A DNA stretch of 55,179 nucleotides, filler included, from Trypethelium eluteriae (Eukaryota): NCBI GenBank assembly GCA_051942245.1. It is 2 parts of 2 records of this genome, joined end to end, with 100 filler letters (N's around TTAATTAATTAA, not from the genome) between each part and the next. Parts side by side here need not be neighbours in the genome. Positions count along the whole stretch, not along the records: positions 1 to 27,544 come from JAVECL010000330.1; positions 27,645 to 55,179 come from JAVECL010000331.1. One strand, given 5' to 3'. Position 1 is the stretch's first letter, and each line of letters begins with the position of its first letter. The position numbers were made by a program, and so were the translations under genes. Positions 24,397 through 38,590 of this stretch are shown here, one piece after another. Below the pieces are notes generated by a model. That model did not search any database, was not told the origin of the DNA, and saw only the letters and a program-made list of their open reading frames with translations.

Positions 24397-27300
24397 GCTC
24401 GCATGTATGCAGACTTGCAGAACTTTGCATCAAGTAAAAGCTTGTCGAAGTAGTGTTTTCTGTCTTTCGACGGCAGCAGTCGAAGGTCCTGGCCGAGCAA
24501 GATGGCTTCTCGATCAAAGATGACTTGTCGTCAACCTTCGGCAAGTGGTGGCCTGAACCTCCCAGCCGGGTCAAGCTAGAAGGCTGCGCGGTGGCTTCGC
24601 TATGTCTGCTACATGCAATGGGATAGAACCACTCACATGTGTAATGAGGATGGGATGCGAAGCGTGCTGGAGTAGAGGATGATCGCGTGAGGTTGAGAGG
24701 TTGACATAGTGTCAATTTCTGGCTACGGTATGAAGCTCCGCTCCTCGCCGCCTTCCCCGAGAGCTCATCCACCGCACTGAGAGCTATTGTGCGCAGGGCA
24801 TTGCTCTTGTCCACGAATCTTGATTTTGCCAGGCTACAGTAGCAGGAGAATAACGTGTACAGATTGCTGTCAAAATTTCAGTGCATCTTCGAAATGACGA
24901 AATGGTCTCATCCTGAATCCCAAAAAATATCCTCATGACTGGCTACACCTATAATCAGCACTTCAACCCATGTGAAAATGAGTAGCCACCTTCTCATTTA
25001 ATCCTTCAACCCGAAGCCTATGTCTTGTTTCAGTTGCATGACTACGAATATACTATCAACACTAAGTTGCAGGCTTGCCGACGTGGACTTCGCCACGGCG
25101 TTGACAATGGCAGAAGTTTGGACAGATATATCTTCAAGGTGAATCGATCGGAGAATACGCAACAATTGGCTTTAATATTCCTGGAAACAAGAGACGCGAG
25201 TTTAGTGTTCCACTATTCTAATGAATGCTAAAGGTACGCTATGGAGAGATACGAGTTGCGAAGGTGTTGTGAAGGTCTTTGCACATGTTGGATGGACCCA
25301 TGATCTTTGGACTCGTGAAGTAGTAGAGTATCAAGGTCTTCCGAATTTATGAAAAACGATCCGAGTCATTGCGACGTTCATCGCGTCCAACTCCAACAAA
25401 GGGATGGTTCTGAGGGCGCGATGTTGCCGAATTTACCTCAAAGCCCTTTCCCAACTGTACACTAACCATCACAAACGCGACTATATTGACAATGACTAGC
25501 ACTGACTCGTGTGTATAGTGGTATACGCAGATGTCCAACGGCTACTATTTCGGGTGATGAGGCTCTGTGTAACTTGAGCCCTATATCTCCTTGGCGGCAG
25601 GGATCCTTTACCGCTTGGTATACCGCAGCGCGTCTACAGATACCCTGTCCAGTATTTCGCCAGTAGCCTGCTTCGGAAGAGTCGGTACACCGGTCAGCAG
25701 GGCCAAGATTGGGAAGATTTAGGGTTCGGAATGTCTGCTGTTTCAAAGATCATCTATAGATATCTACAGATACCTGGGTGCTATTCCTATTTCCGAGCCG
25801 TCAAAAGTGGAGGGGTTCGGGAGAATCCTCAGCATCAACATGATGCACCGGCGACACTGTCGTTTGATATTCGGTGGGGTAGTGTACCCTCATCACGTCT
25901 AGACGGTAGCCATTTAGACTACGAATTGATTAGCAGCAGAGGGAATTGCTGGTCAGTCGAGAAGACTGTCGCCTGGCATGTGAATTCCAACAGTAGTCAC
26001 CCTAGTAATTGCGACCAACAGGAAGACAGAGTAGCATAATCATCCTTTGGTCCTCGTTTATTCCCGAGAGTGTAGGGCGGGAGATCTGCGTCCCAGGAAG
26101 TATCATCAGTCTCCCGGGCTCTGGAATTCACGACGATGGATGCAATCCCCCATAGCTGGCCTGATGATAGCGGGGCCGGAAGAGCAGTCATGAGATGAAA
26201 GTGAATCGACAAAGAAGCCGCCACGACATACGCCGGTTTCCTGATTTTACTGTGAAGTCAAAATGTACATGCTCATAATTTGATATGCATTTAGTAGTCG
26301 TCGAATTCAGATTTGCGAGTTTTCAATTTAAGAAGACCTGGATAAGCATTGGGTGACGCCGCGGTAAATTCTTTGGGGTGGGCCAGGAAAAGAATCCTAC
26401 AAGCTTATTTCCTGCTAGAGGACTCCATGTACGGGAGCCGCCTTCAACATCATCCGCACTGCGACAATCTGCCGACATCGAGGTTGGGCATTGCTACAAT
26501 TTGTTTCACAAGCGCTTGTTAGACCTATCATGTCCAGACAAACGTCTAAGAATGGCCAATGATGATCGGCGGCCCCGTTGAGATGAATGTTTGCAGCAAG
26601 CAGCCAATCATGGGAAACAGTATGAAACAGGTGGAGGCTGCGACACCAATGCAGACGTTGGCGATCATGAGCGCCACCAGCGCCATGCCTCGTGCAAGCA
26701 GGGACTCTGGGGTCTGCCTGGATGGCGCCAGATCAGCGCTGCAAGAAAATTTTGCTGTCGCAATCATCAACGTTCATCAGCATGTGGTGAGGTGAGTAGT
26801 GCCGGCTGCTGGAGGAGCGTCCGAGCTGGGTAAGATCGTCAAGGTAGTTCTCAGGCCCGCTGGGGTAGCGGCAGCGGTACCGCGTGCGTGGCTGGGGGAG
26901 GAGGAGCGCTGAGATGCGTCGTCGCACCATCCCACCCTCCTGTGCCGGGCAGGCTGATCCGGATAGGTCGGAGAGTCGCGATAGGAGGAGAGGATGCTTT
27001 TTCGCTCTGAGGTAGCCAGTCAGACGGCGCGCATTGCCGAATATTTGGCCTTGGGCCAAGCAGCAATTGCTGAAAAGCAGCCTCGCTCCAGCCTCTCATC
27101 GACGGAGGCATGCCGAATGCTGAAACATGACGATCGAGCATGCGTTCGGCGGGGATCGGCGCTGCGAGCCGCATTGCCCAAACTCCCGCACGATCCGCGT
27201 CCCGCCTTCGGATTCCATTAGCCGCAGTCTTCTACTATCATTCCGGAAGGAGCTCTATTAGCCATGATTACAGCATTACAGCATTACCTACCTGACCTTA

Positions 27301-27544
27301 CCTTCGCATTTGGCCAAGCCCGCGGTGCCCGCCTTCTTTAGCAGCCAGGCATGCTCGACCACGCTCGACTACGCTCGCCCACGCTTGTCGCTCAATACCT
27401 CTTCCAGCTTACCTTATCCTATCGAGGATGACAATCAGGGCGAGTCGATGGGCTCCATACTGTCCGGTCCGGCTGCATTCGGTTCCGGCCTGACTCTGGA
27501 TCAGCGTTCGAGCTCGAAACAAGTCGACACCCACTCAGCAGAGT

Positions 27545-27644
27545 NNNNNNNNNNNNNNNNNNNNNNNNNNNNNNNNNNNNNNNNNNNNTTAATTAATTAA
27601 NNNNNNNNNNNNNNNNNNNNNNNNNNNNNNNNNNNNNNNNNNNN
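27545..27644. other. Artificial scaffold spacer (assembly gap)
   Basis: 44 N + TTAATTAATTAA (stop codons in all six frames) + 44 N = exactly 100 nt. Confidence 0.97.
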
Positions 27645-28579
27645 ATATCAGAGAGTTCTAGGTCATTTAGCTGACTAATATTCTCGGAAGCAGAAGGATG
27701 AGATCCCGAAGATACAGGGGTTGTTACGGTGTATATATGCAGCTTCATTTCCTAGCCAGATAAGAAAAACAGAGATCTTGACCTCGACGATAATTGCCAC
27801 CTAAAAATTATGACAAAATCAATCTCATCCATTGACTCGGGTTCACTTAGCTTACATGGACGTTCGTTTCGAAGAAGTAAGGCATGATTCGTGTGCAGCC
27901 TTTGTCCTTTGATATATGTTTGTGCTGTATCACTGGAAGTAAGGGCCACTTCCGTAATTGACAGCGCAAAAATTCTGTCGAGTTATAAAAGTGTAAATAG
28001 AGTTTAGGTTCCACTCTAAGTGGAGAGAACATCTACCTCTAAAATACCCTGTAGAAGGTCACGTGCCCGGACAGACCCAACGGTGCAACCATACCTTACT
28101 GGGGTAGGGGTGTTTTCCTAACCGATACGGAGTACTCCGTAGTCTGCAGACAATGACAAAGAATTTGCTAGTATGGATGTAGCTTCTAGCCTAGCCTGTT
28201 TCAATGCCTATGCTAAGCTAGCGTTGACACTAATTAGACTAAACGTTACGCTTGTAACAGCATATTGTTTGTAATTATCTGCAAATTACCGGTTCAGAAA
28301 ATTCCTTACTCCGGCATGGTATCTGTAAGGGTCTTGATATTGTGCTGCTAGAAGAGCTTGCTAACTCGAGTGACTTCTCTCGCTAGTATAGAAGAAATAT
28401 CATAACTCTTCACTGTGAGGCTTCGTAGTTTTGAAAAGGGCCTTCGTAAGGGCCAAGTAGATATGGTAAACAGGCCGCTTGGCCCGTCAACGTGAAACCC
28501 TAATGTAGAAATCTATCAAGAGCAAAAATCCGCTAAAAGGCTTGACATTTGATTTGGGTTACATGTAAATGTAAACATA

Positions 28580-30523
28580 TTAAAACTCGGGTCGATGCTC
28601 TTCAAAACGCACCCAGACTGGCGCCTTCCACCACATGACGTAGCAATGGCAAGCTGCCTCAAAATCCAGATTTTCGCTCGTTAATGTCATATCGTACTTG
28701 TACAACATTTTTGCCATAATCGATGTCATTTGCATGTAGGCGAAACTAATGCCGAAGTGTCAGTAAAAGTAATACTGCGCAGCCTGAGAGGTGATAAGAC
28801 ACGCGATAGTATACGTACTTGCGCCCGATACACCCTCTATAGCCCAAAGAGAAAGGCTGACTAGCCTCCTTCACGTCTGTACAGTGCGGATCCAGCCATC
28901 TCTCCGGTATGAAACTCTCCGGCTCATGGAAACATTTGGCGTCGTGCGTGACTGCGAATGCGCTTGTGTAAACCTCGGTCCCCTTGGGGACCCAGAAGCC
29001 GTCGATCTCGCACCCGGGTGAGATGCGTGGAAAGCCCAGAGACCCGGGCGGGTAGATGCGCAGGCTCTCATTCAGGACGGCCTGCAGGTATGGCAGCTGC
29101 TGCGCCGATTGGGCGTCTATCTCATCGTAGGTCTTGTATCGCGAGCGGATCTCGGATTCCAGCCTTTCGAGTGCCCTTGGCGTCTTTAGAAGGTAGTAGG
29201 ACGCGGCTGCGAGGCATGTGGCTGTAGTCTCACCGCCCGCGATTCTAGTGATTATAATGTTCAGCATTTTCATCTCTTGACGGTAGCAAAGAATAAGTAG
29301 TCTCACATTAGCGTAGAAGCGTGTGCTGTAAGCTCCTCTTCCGGCACAGTTCCGCTCTTGACCTTGCTTACCAGATTTGTAAGGAAGTCTTGTCGCGCAT
29401 TGTTAGCCTCCAATCGCCGCTTGATCTTTCTCCTCGCTTCGTGGGAGTGCTTATCCCTGACGGAAACCGTCAGACTGGGCAACAGCCACTTCCCCAGCGT
29501 GGCCAAGACAACGAATCTCCTCAAGTTATCCACCAGTGTGATCTCGAATAGGTGACTCAGAATAAGGTCGATCCATTCATGGTGTTTCTCCCGCTCGACA
29601 CACCCAAAGCTCTCACCAAATGCCATCTCACCAAGCACGTCGAAAGTCACCATCTCCATCCATTCAACTAAGTTGACGCCCCGTATCTTGCTCTTTGCGC
29701 TGAGCGGACCGAGTTTTTTCACGAATTCTGCAAGATATCCATTAGTCATGCTACTAAATTCTCAGATTTTCTGCCGCGCAGCAAGTACAGCAATGTGATG
29801 GGATTGAGGTAGCCCGTGCAGCTAAGACTTGAGGAGCCTGTGAAGCCGCAATTAATTTGGGCAGAATCAGGACTGCAACGTGGAATAAGAAATCTACGAA
29901 CCATCCACTACACCCTGCACTATAGGCTCTTGCTGCAGCAGTGCTTTGGCACTAAACGCAGCTGTCAGGTCTTTTTTCTTGCGAGCGTGCTGTGCTGGGT
30001 CACGCTCTGATCCGATACATCCTGTCTTGAAGCCTGATCCGTAAATATCGTAGAACTCGCCCTTGACCAGTTGCGCTTGACCAGGTGGTGGATACCCATA
30101 GATAGCTTTCCATGAGGACGCAGATGCGAAAGATAGCTCATTAGGCGACACACGAAAGACGGGGCCATAGAGACGGTGCTGCGCCTGTATCGCACGATGT
30201 GAACGGCCCGACATAGTCTGGTAGAAACGCCACAACTGGTAACGTATACGATTAGTAATACAGAATGAAATTCGGGAGCTCTGAATTGATGGAAGTCTTA
30301 CAAGCGATGCGCGAGCCCAGAATGGGCCCGGGAAGCGTGCTAGAGGGTGAAAATAGAGATTGTAGAGAAGACAAAACAACAAAAAGTTGAAGATTAGAAC
30401 GAGCACCATTACGATCGAGCTATAGATATTCAATTCGCGAGGCAAGTGCTTCAGCCGCTCGACATTGAGGTTGAAGAATATTCGCGTAGAGGACTGTATT
30501 TGCTGATACAAATTCTCATCCAT
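28580..30523 (-). CDS. Cytochrome P450 monooxygenase (secondary-metabolism type, Tri11/CYP65-like)
   Basis: LYNLYFHPLARFPGP, YGPVFRVSPNELSF, AGGETT, ESLR, PERW and heme motif FSLGYRGCIG. Introns 30236-30301, 29728-29901, 29245-29306 and 28746-28818. Confidence 0.93.
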
Positions 30524-30695
30524 CTTGGACAGTAGAGACAGGAGGAAGACGATAGCAACAGTAGTCGTTTTCCAGAGCATTGCAATGTGCACCCCAGATC
30601 AAACCTATCGAGAAGTGACAAAGCTTGCAAGTTAGTCGAGATCCAAATGAATATCCCACACACCGTGTAATCTACCTTGGTTATAAGGATAGCTA

Positions 30696-30731
30696 GAAAA
30701 AAAACAAAACAAAACAAAAAACAAAAACAAA
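30696..30731. repeat. A-rich (CAAAA)n-like microsatellite upstream of the first P450
   Basis: GAAAAAAAACAAAACAAAACAAAAAACAAAAACAAA. Confidence 0.8.
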
Positions 30732-31650
30732 TACCTCTAAAGAATACACTCCAGATTTTGACATTTATGACCCTTCCCAATATTCGTCACATTCTACCAG
30801 AGATGCAATAAGTTTTTCCCAATCCTAGTTGACAATCGACGTTCCTGGAGGCTCATCTTTCGGCCCCACCAAAAGGGGCTTCGCGGATCGGGCAACCGCC
30901 GAAACAACAGCTGAGCCATGTTCCAACGCAATGCTTGATACGAGAACGGCGTTTCCCCAATCCTACTACCCTCCGACTCGCTTCCGCAAGTGTGGTAGAG
31001 TCTTGGGAAACAATTTGCTTTTGACTTGGGCGCTTTCAGCTGTCCCGGCAGAGACGTACGGGATCTTTCCTTACGCCGGAATGTAATGAGCGCGGAGTGG
31101 CCCCAACGTCTTGGTATTGACGAATCGACTGGGATGAGCTAGGGCTAAAAGTGTTCTCGAGTTCCCATTGCTCAGAAAGGCAACAGGAGAAAGAAAGTAA
31201 TTTTGGGTCCGGAAAGTAGAATAAGAAACCACCACAGAACGAGACCCAAGGGGAGTTAAATTTGAGCTAACTGTGTCTCCTATCGTAGGCCGCCGTTCGT
31301 TCTAATAACAAAAACGACATATCAATGGTTGTCCACAGCCGGGAGCGTGAAAAAATAAGAACATGCGTGCAAATAACAAAAGCATGAATATAGAACGAGA
31401 TCGGGTGAGCTACGATATCTGTATCCGACTAGGTCTGAATAGCCAACAACAACTATAAGAGGCAGTCCACAGACGGTGCATCTCATGTATTACCGGAAGT
31501 TAATTAGCAAACAGACCACGGGCTTAGTCATACATGTAGCTGTCTCAACAAAGATCCCTACTCTCCAATGTCACGAAAACCTCCATCGGTGTGACAATAA
31601 AAAACCAAAAGTTTGCGTCCTCTTTCTTTAAAGAATCCGAGACCTTTATC

Positions 31651-33513
31651 ATGGCCGCCTACATCTTCATGGTCCTGATGCTCATCATCCTTCAAACCCT
31701 CTACAAGTTATTGAACCTCCTCTCTAACATTCGTATCGCCCGAAAAACCGGCCTTCCCTATACAATTTCACTGTTACACGAGCTCGAGGGCTGGGCATAC
31801 CTTACAGACCCAATATTACGATGGGTATTCCGTTCCTACGTCATGCGTGGCCGGGGCTGGCCGACCTGGGCACGGTTCATGGTCAAAGACTGGCATTACG
31901 AAGACCGGCGTCGTGCACACGACCGATTTGGGGCTGTATTCCTGGTCGTGTCGTCCGCCGGGATGGTCTGCTATGTAGGGGAGGCCGAGACTGCCGCGCA
32001 GGTACTAACGCGAAGGAAAGCCTTCATCAAACCGCCTGTGAAGATGAGTGCGCGCACTTCGTATCCCAGCTACCCTTCTTCCCTGTGCTAATTTGTCCTC
32101 ATGTAGAAATGCTTGAACCTTTTGGTCCAAACGTGGTGTCCGTCGACGGAGAGCGCTGGCGCTCTCACCTAGGAATCACACTGCCGCCCTTCACGGCTGA
32201 CAAAGTGCTGGACCTGGTCTGGGATGAGACTCAGCGGCAAGTTGACGTTATGGCTGCCGTGTGGAGTCGCTCTGGTGCGGAGTCCAGCCTGAAACATAAC
32301 ATATACTCTCTGACTATGAATATTATGTCTCATGTTGGATTCGGTAAGCAGAGCGAGTGGAAAAATGGGATAGACGCGGTTCCTAAGGGACACACACTTT
32401 CACTGGTAGGTTCTATCTATGCCGTCATCATGCACTTGCCGCACATCCTGCTCCTACCCAAATGGGTGCTGAAGCAGGTGGCGCCCAAGGCTTATACTGG
32501 TTATGTCGAGCTGGACCAGTATATGGTAGAATTCTTGGGACAGGAGAAGTCACGATTGCATGACTACAGTACAGCCAAGGAAGAGTCGCGGGAGACGTTA
32601 CTGACGGCAGTTCTGCGGTCCAACACCAAAAATCCAGAAGGGGGGGCGCTGACAGACGTGGAGGTCAAGGGGAATCTCTTCATATTTCTGCTTGCAGGCT
32701 ATGATACAACAGCCAACACGATGCTGTTCTGCTGCATCACACTCGCACTTTACCCGTCTATACAGGACCAGGTCATTGAAGAAATCGACCGCGTCTGGGC
32801 GGAGGCGGAACAGGCTGGCCGATCAGGGCTGTCCTTCGTGCACGATATGTCGAAATTCCGTTACCTCATTGCCTTCATGGTACGTAGAAACGTTCATTAT
32901 GTCTCGCCCACTGAAGACATCTTGGCTTGCAACGCCCGGCCATGGCGTGGAGCCGGGATCTCTGGTTCCTGGGTGCTAAAATTGGCTGCAGTACGAAGTT
33001 ATGCGCGTCTTTCCCATCGTGCTACCGGTCGCACGTGTTGCTGCAGGTTTCCAAAAGCTGCCTTTCGGAAATGACATCCATCTATTGCCCCCGGATACCG
33101 CAGTGGTAGTTAACAACACAGCCATCCAACATGATCCTGCAAGCTGGCCAAACCCTAGGACTATCGATCCACGTAGGTGGTTAGTAAGCAACCCGCACAG
33201 CTTCGATCCCGAGAAGTCCTTGTCACCGTTGGAGGAGACCGAGATACGAGAGGGCAGTCTGCCCATTCCGGGACATCGGCGAGGCACGTTTATGGCTTTC
33301 GGCGAGGGTCCGCGGGCGTGTTTGGGACGAAATTTTGCAAAAACGGAATTTGTCGCTTTCTATAGCCGGCTGTTGAGAAAGTATAGGTTGAAGCTGGGAA
33401 GCGAGATGGATGCAAAGCTCGTGGAAAGCACCATTCGATTGAGAAGTGGTGGTTCCCCCGTGACATTGATCCCACCGGTGGATGTGCGGATCGATCTTGT
33501 GGAGCGGGTGTGA
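31651..33513 (+). CDS. Cytochrome P450 monooxygenase
   Basis: N-terminal TM anchor, FLLAGYDTTAN, YEVMR, DPRRW and heme motif FGEGPRACLG. Introns 32048-32106 and 32880-32991. Confidence 0.93.
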
Positions 33514-34021
33514 CATAGACCATGGTTGCATAGTTCTAGATATGTCCAGGCATCTCCGTGCAGATTTTATGGTGTGGATAGACCCCCTTAAGACAATCTA
33601 TTACCAAGCTCCAGATTATGATTGTGCCTGATCCAATCCATCGATATCTTCGACACCTGACAAGACTTGTCAAGAATAAGCATTTTCATACAGAGGACAA
33701 GGCTCAAAACCCACATAGATGATACAGAGCCAGAGGATCTATGATGAAATGTAGGTAACACAGATGAGGTTTCATTGAGTTGGCTTCAGCCGAATTCATA
33801 TCGCAATTCGCTACATACCTTGCAAGGAGCGTACAACCACTACAAAGATTCTCGGGCTAAATGGCTAGCCGTAGACCTGTAGAAAACTTCGATCTTCCCC
33901 TTTCCCTTTTGAAGAGGCAAGTTGCACTAACCGGACCATGAAAAGATAGGTCTGTTGATAAGGCCCATCACACCAGATACTCATGAGTAGCTTTACCCGA
34001 CGCCGCCGCGTTACTTCGGAC

Positions 34022-35050
34022 TCAATATTTAGAAATCTGGGCCTCTGTCCACTCCCACAACTTCTTCCTCAATTCGGGATCTTCACTGGCTTTGGTCTTG
34101 TCATCAGAAAGCTTTCCCACAGGCATATAGAAACCACCTCGCTTGATCTTCTCCTTCTTAGCCGTAATAGACCAGAGCAAATTATACGTACCCTGCTCAG
34201 GGGTGAGCATCTGGCCGATATTAGGGAGATAAACCATCATCTTCTGGCTCCACGTCAGGTCTGTCACCAACGACGTCTTGACGACACCTGGATGGATCGC
34301 GAACGACAAGATGTTGGGATACCTCTCGGCCAGCTCCCGCGCATACAGCAGGTTCGCCAGCTTGCTCTGGCCGTACCGCAGCCAGGGTCCTAGAATTGCC
34401 AAGTCCTGCTCGCTTTGTAATTTATCGAACTGGATACCTCCCGGCGGCGTTCCCTTCCAGGCGACGCTGGTGACCATGATGATGCGCACGTCGGCATCAG
34501 GCAAGGCCGCCGTCGTCTCCAGGAGAGGCAACAGCTTTTTGATGAGAAGCGAGTGGCCCAGCTGGTTCGTGGCAAAGTGGGTTTCGTAGCCGTCTGTACT
34601 GACGGCGGCCGGCTTGGCCATTATTCCAGCGCAGCAGACCAATACGTCGAGGCGATCTGGTAAGGTGGACAAGATTTCTTTCGCCGCAGTCAAGACCGAG
34701 GCGTTACTGGCCGTGTCGCACGCAACAAAGGTTAGCTTGACGCCCTGAGGCGCCTGTGCAATTACGGCATCGGCAGCCTTGGAATTGCGGCCTGTGAAGA
34801 GGATATGTGCTGGATTGTGTGCCGCTAGCTCGAGCACGGTACCACGACCAACGCCAGCAGTGCCTATTTTACATTTTACTTTACCGGCGTAATTGATTTA
34901 TCAGAGAAGGGGAAGGAAGGGAAGGGCAGGGGAGCGAGGCGGAGCGAAGAGGGTGACATGCTGACTTGCTGACTTACCTCCGGTGATCAGGATAACTTTG
35001 CCTGACAGGTTGGGGATTTCCTTACTCGGATTGAAGTGTAAGTCAACCAT
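34022..35050 (-). CDS. Short-chain dehydrogenase/reductase (retinol-DH/WWOX-like subfamily)
   Basis: LSGKVILITGG|TAGVG (TGxxxGxG across intron 34864-34977), CCAGIMA, YGQSK (YxxxK) and IHPGVVKT. Confidence 0.93.
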
Positions 35051-36363
35051 GGTAGTAGCGAGGGTCTTGATAGATGCAAAAGAGAAGAAAATAGATCATG
35101 AAGTAATGAATTATGTAGTAGCTAACCTGGTAACGAATGCTTGTAGGATAAGGGGAGACGGTCAGGTTTTATTCCTCTTTTTTACGTGCAAGGATGCGGA
35201 ACATGGTATGCAGCTAGTGACAAGCTGCCTCTGACTGGTCGAGTCGGCAATTTCCATTCCCAGGTTCAGCAGGCAGCAATAAAAAGAAAAGACTTATAAG
35301 GTTACCACCAACCGCTATTCCTAATTGGGATTATGAAAGGGGTCTCACCCAATGGTGGGATATCATCTCATCTCCGATTGCCTCATTCATAGATACGATG
35401 CTCGATATTCATCTTGGTGTCGCGGACGAAGATGCAAGTGTTTCTTTTGGCGTCACGTGCAACCAACGAGAGTCCAGCCATTAGGCTCTCCTTTGCTAGC
35501 ATACCATACTTAGCTATTTGAATGACATTAAGATCTTCCATCTTGCTTCTCAAGACATTGTTTATATGATCCCGGCGCATCTAGCAAGAAATGAAGTTCT
35601 GAGCTCTTTTGTAACCGACAGCACAAGAACTACGCATGGAAGGATTGGATTAGGTAGCTATATTGCTGACTCAGTCAAGCGTCAGGGACAATCCTCAAGA
35701 TTTAGGTTCAAAAATCTGCTTCTCTAAGACCTCCTCTTCTACATCGCTTAAAAGCATCAAGTCGGCTGAATAATCTCGTTTTATCTTGTAATCCAGCCCA
35801 TCGACCATGGAGGGTACCTCTAGCTTCGGACGCGCCATATTCTCGCGCAGTGCTCCAATTATTATCAATTTGGCCTCTTTTGATAGCGCTCCTCGCAAGC
35901 TGCGCATGGGCCATTTTGTGGGTTCTGGATCACGTTGATTGCGTTGGCATGCTCAACTGTGCAAGGCATCGTACCTAGTAAATTTGAGTGGGGTGCGTCA
36001 TGCGCTTGTCCGCGTCATCCGCTTATCTAACATATGGGTAAGGTAGGTATGTTACAGATGAATTCTCATAGTATCCACTTATTCTGCGACCCCAACGATC
36101 CCTCTCCTAGACCATTACTTACTGATGAACTGGAGAGAAAGAGTGATATATCGGATGAGGTCTATTCCCTAGTAAAGGTCTATGATCAGCCCGCCTAAGC
36201 TCGCTGTGGAAGGCGGTGTAACACTTGCGTCTTACTCCAGTCCAGTGCCTTTCATTACGTGTGCTTCAAAGTTGCCCGCCGTTGATCTAAGTCCACTGGC
36301 TCTCACCAGTCTCATCACACTATGAGACCACCGCTAGGTTCACTTCACCGCTGCGCTATATGG

Positions 36364-37728
36364 CTAAGGAGATGGAAACGCGACACTGCTCATATGCAGG
36401 CGCTGGAGCAAGCTTTCAACCTTATTCTTGACACCTACCCGGTCAGCAGCTGGTGGATGGCGAGCGTCTGGGAGCGAGATGATGAATGAGCGTAGTGCTC
36501 GCAATTGGAAAGCTACGAGCTCCCGCATCACGGCGCTTTGCTCGACATCCGAGTCAACCTCGTAATCCCCTACTGTTATACTCAACTCGTGCGACAAGAC
36601 TGGAGACTGAGAGGCGTTGAGGTAGGTCGAAACCATGTTGGCACATAGGACCACCAGCCGGTTAACCAGAAGCAATAGTAGCAGCCCCGTCTCAGTCCGG
36701 TACGAGCATTGCCGGCATTGTCGCATCGATTGGCCATAGTGCAGCGTCTCCTTGTGAAGGCCCAATGCCGAGTCTAGCCCTCGCCTGTTGTGCAGCGGAC
36801 CATCTCCACCAGCCTGATCATAGTCATGGTCGTCCATGTTATTTATGCCTGTCTCTAGTTCGTTGATCAGCAAGACAATGCGCTGTATGCAGCTGCACGG
36901 CTTTTGTTCTGTCCATTGTGTCAGCTCTGATCCTCCTGCTAATCTCTCCACACGTGAATTTGCCTGGGTCTGTGTCTCTGTCTCTATCTCTGGCCCCGGA
37001 TCTGGCTGGTTCTCCGTCTGTGATTGCGAGCTGGTGGTAGTCTGGTCTGTGCTACTACTACCACTTAGGGTAGCTCTGCTCTGAGGCGTCGTGACAATAT
37101 TTCTGGTCTTTGCCGCTGGCGGTATTGTAAATGCGTCGTTCCAAAAGGCCATGTCGACACTATGATTTGTGCTAGCAGCCGATTGGCAGACGGATCCGTC
37201 AGTCGTCAACGACGGTGCTTCGGATCCAAACGCTGAGAGTAGAGACCACTGTTCTACATCAACTGTGAAACCGCTCTCCCTGTCGCTGGCTTTGGTTCCT
37301 TCAACGATTCCCATGTCCGAGATATACATGGCAGCCGAAGGTGGAGGCTGGGGTCGGCTCGCCGAGGCTACGAGCTGTTTCGTGTCTTGAGGCGGACGGT
37401 CCGAAGACTGACCATCTTGCTTTGTCCTTTCGGCGAAAGAGCCGCGTTGTCTTTTGCTTGGCCCAGTCGTATAGGTACATTCTATGTCTAGGGTCTCGCA
37501 TCTCTGGCAACCTGACGACTCACCGGTGCATTTGACCTGTTACAACACGGAAACGGGGCATCAGCCTAACTGTTCCACAACATCGTCTCGCACCAGCAAT
37601 GGCACGATATCGATCTCCATACTTACTTTTTTAGCCCGGCAGTTCCTACAGGCCTGATGAGTGCCAGGACTGTGCCTGAAGGTGGGAAGGCTCCTATTTG
37701 GATTGTTGACGCTCCACGTTCCGAACAT
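36364..37728 (-). CDS. Zn(II)2Cys6 pathway-specific transcription factor
   Basis: MFGTWSV...ACRNCRAKK|VKCTGESSGCQRCETLDIECTY, with intron 37537-37626. C-terminal CSC...CRQC region as seen in AflR-like cluster regulators. Confidence 0.9.
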
Positions 37729-38541
37729 GCTTTGCTCGATCGATGTTGCAGAATACGTCTACCACCGCAAGGATATAGGACTCCCAAGTTCTGCCAAATC
37801 TGTCATCTTGCTTCGGTAATCACGCACAACGGAGGTTTTAGAAATTTGTTTTCTCACTGTGCCCCACAAATGCATTGCGCCCGACAGATGCATTCAGCCC
37901 CCCGGTTTATGCATATGAGGCGTCCCAACAGCAACCCGTGTGTAGTAAGCAGCATTATGCTAAAGAATGAGATGTATCGACCATAGAATATACAACCGCC
38001 TACGAGGCTTATATGAACAGATGAAGTTCTTGATCGGAAGGGGTTATGGCTAACGTGCCCTAGGAGTTTGTACCTAGCTCTGCAATGGAGCTGGTCTGGA
38101 GCGATTTGAGTCAGCATCCAGCAATGGTCCGTGCCGTAACAGGGATTAGAAGAAGGCGTCGTGAATTATATATTTGTTTTTCAAAGAGTAATGCAAGCCC
38201 GTCGGGAGACTTGTAAGGAGCGCCCGGATCAAGCCCCTTTCGTCTGTAACGAAATAATCACTGATTTCACGTTTTATCTTATATATACTGTAGACTGGTA
38301 ATGTTTGTTCTACATGAAGCTGTAGTTACACGTTTGGATCGAGGTTTTTATAGGTAAAGATGAGAGGTGTGTGTGCCTCTGGGTCTCACATCTTTACACA
38401 GGTTTCGCGTCTCTATAGAGGTTCACACCAAACATGTAGCTACATATTCGGTTAGAACGAAAGATTACTAACCTACGGTATATATAAGATAAAACGTAAA
38501 ATGAGGGAGCTGTTTTATTACAGACGAAAGAGGCTTGGACA

Positions 38542-38590
38542 GTGCGCTCTTTACCGATTGGGGTGCGCTACTTACCGATTGGGGTGCGCT
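38542..38590. repeat. 21-bp tandem duplication, about 2.3 copies, in the TF/oxidase divergent intergenic region
   Basis: GTGCGCTCTTTACCGATTGGG GTGCGCTACTTACCGATTGGG GTGCGCT. Confidence 0.85.

Noticed and set aside
24400..27544. Many short ORFs in the region left of the gap
   Set aside because: None is recognisable. The GC-rich part looks like upstream regulatory DNA of a gene lost in the gap, but this cannot be supported from the sequence.
27310..27600. ORF running into the N block and ending LIN
   Set aside because: The ending comes from the artificial spacer and the translated part has no recognisable features.
27589..27600. Perfect palindrome TTAATTAATTAA
   Set aside because: It is an assembly linker flanked by equal N runs, not biological sequence.
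38542..38590. Short direct repeats as a CRISPR-like array or transposon end
   Set aside because: No spacers, eukaryotic context, and no matching inverted end or transposase seen.
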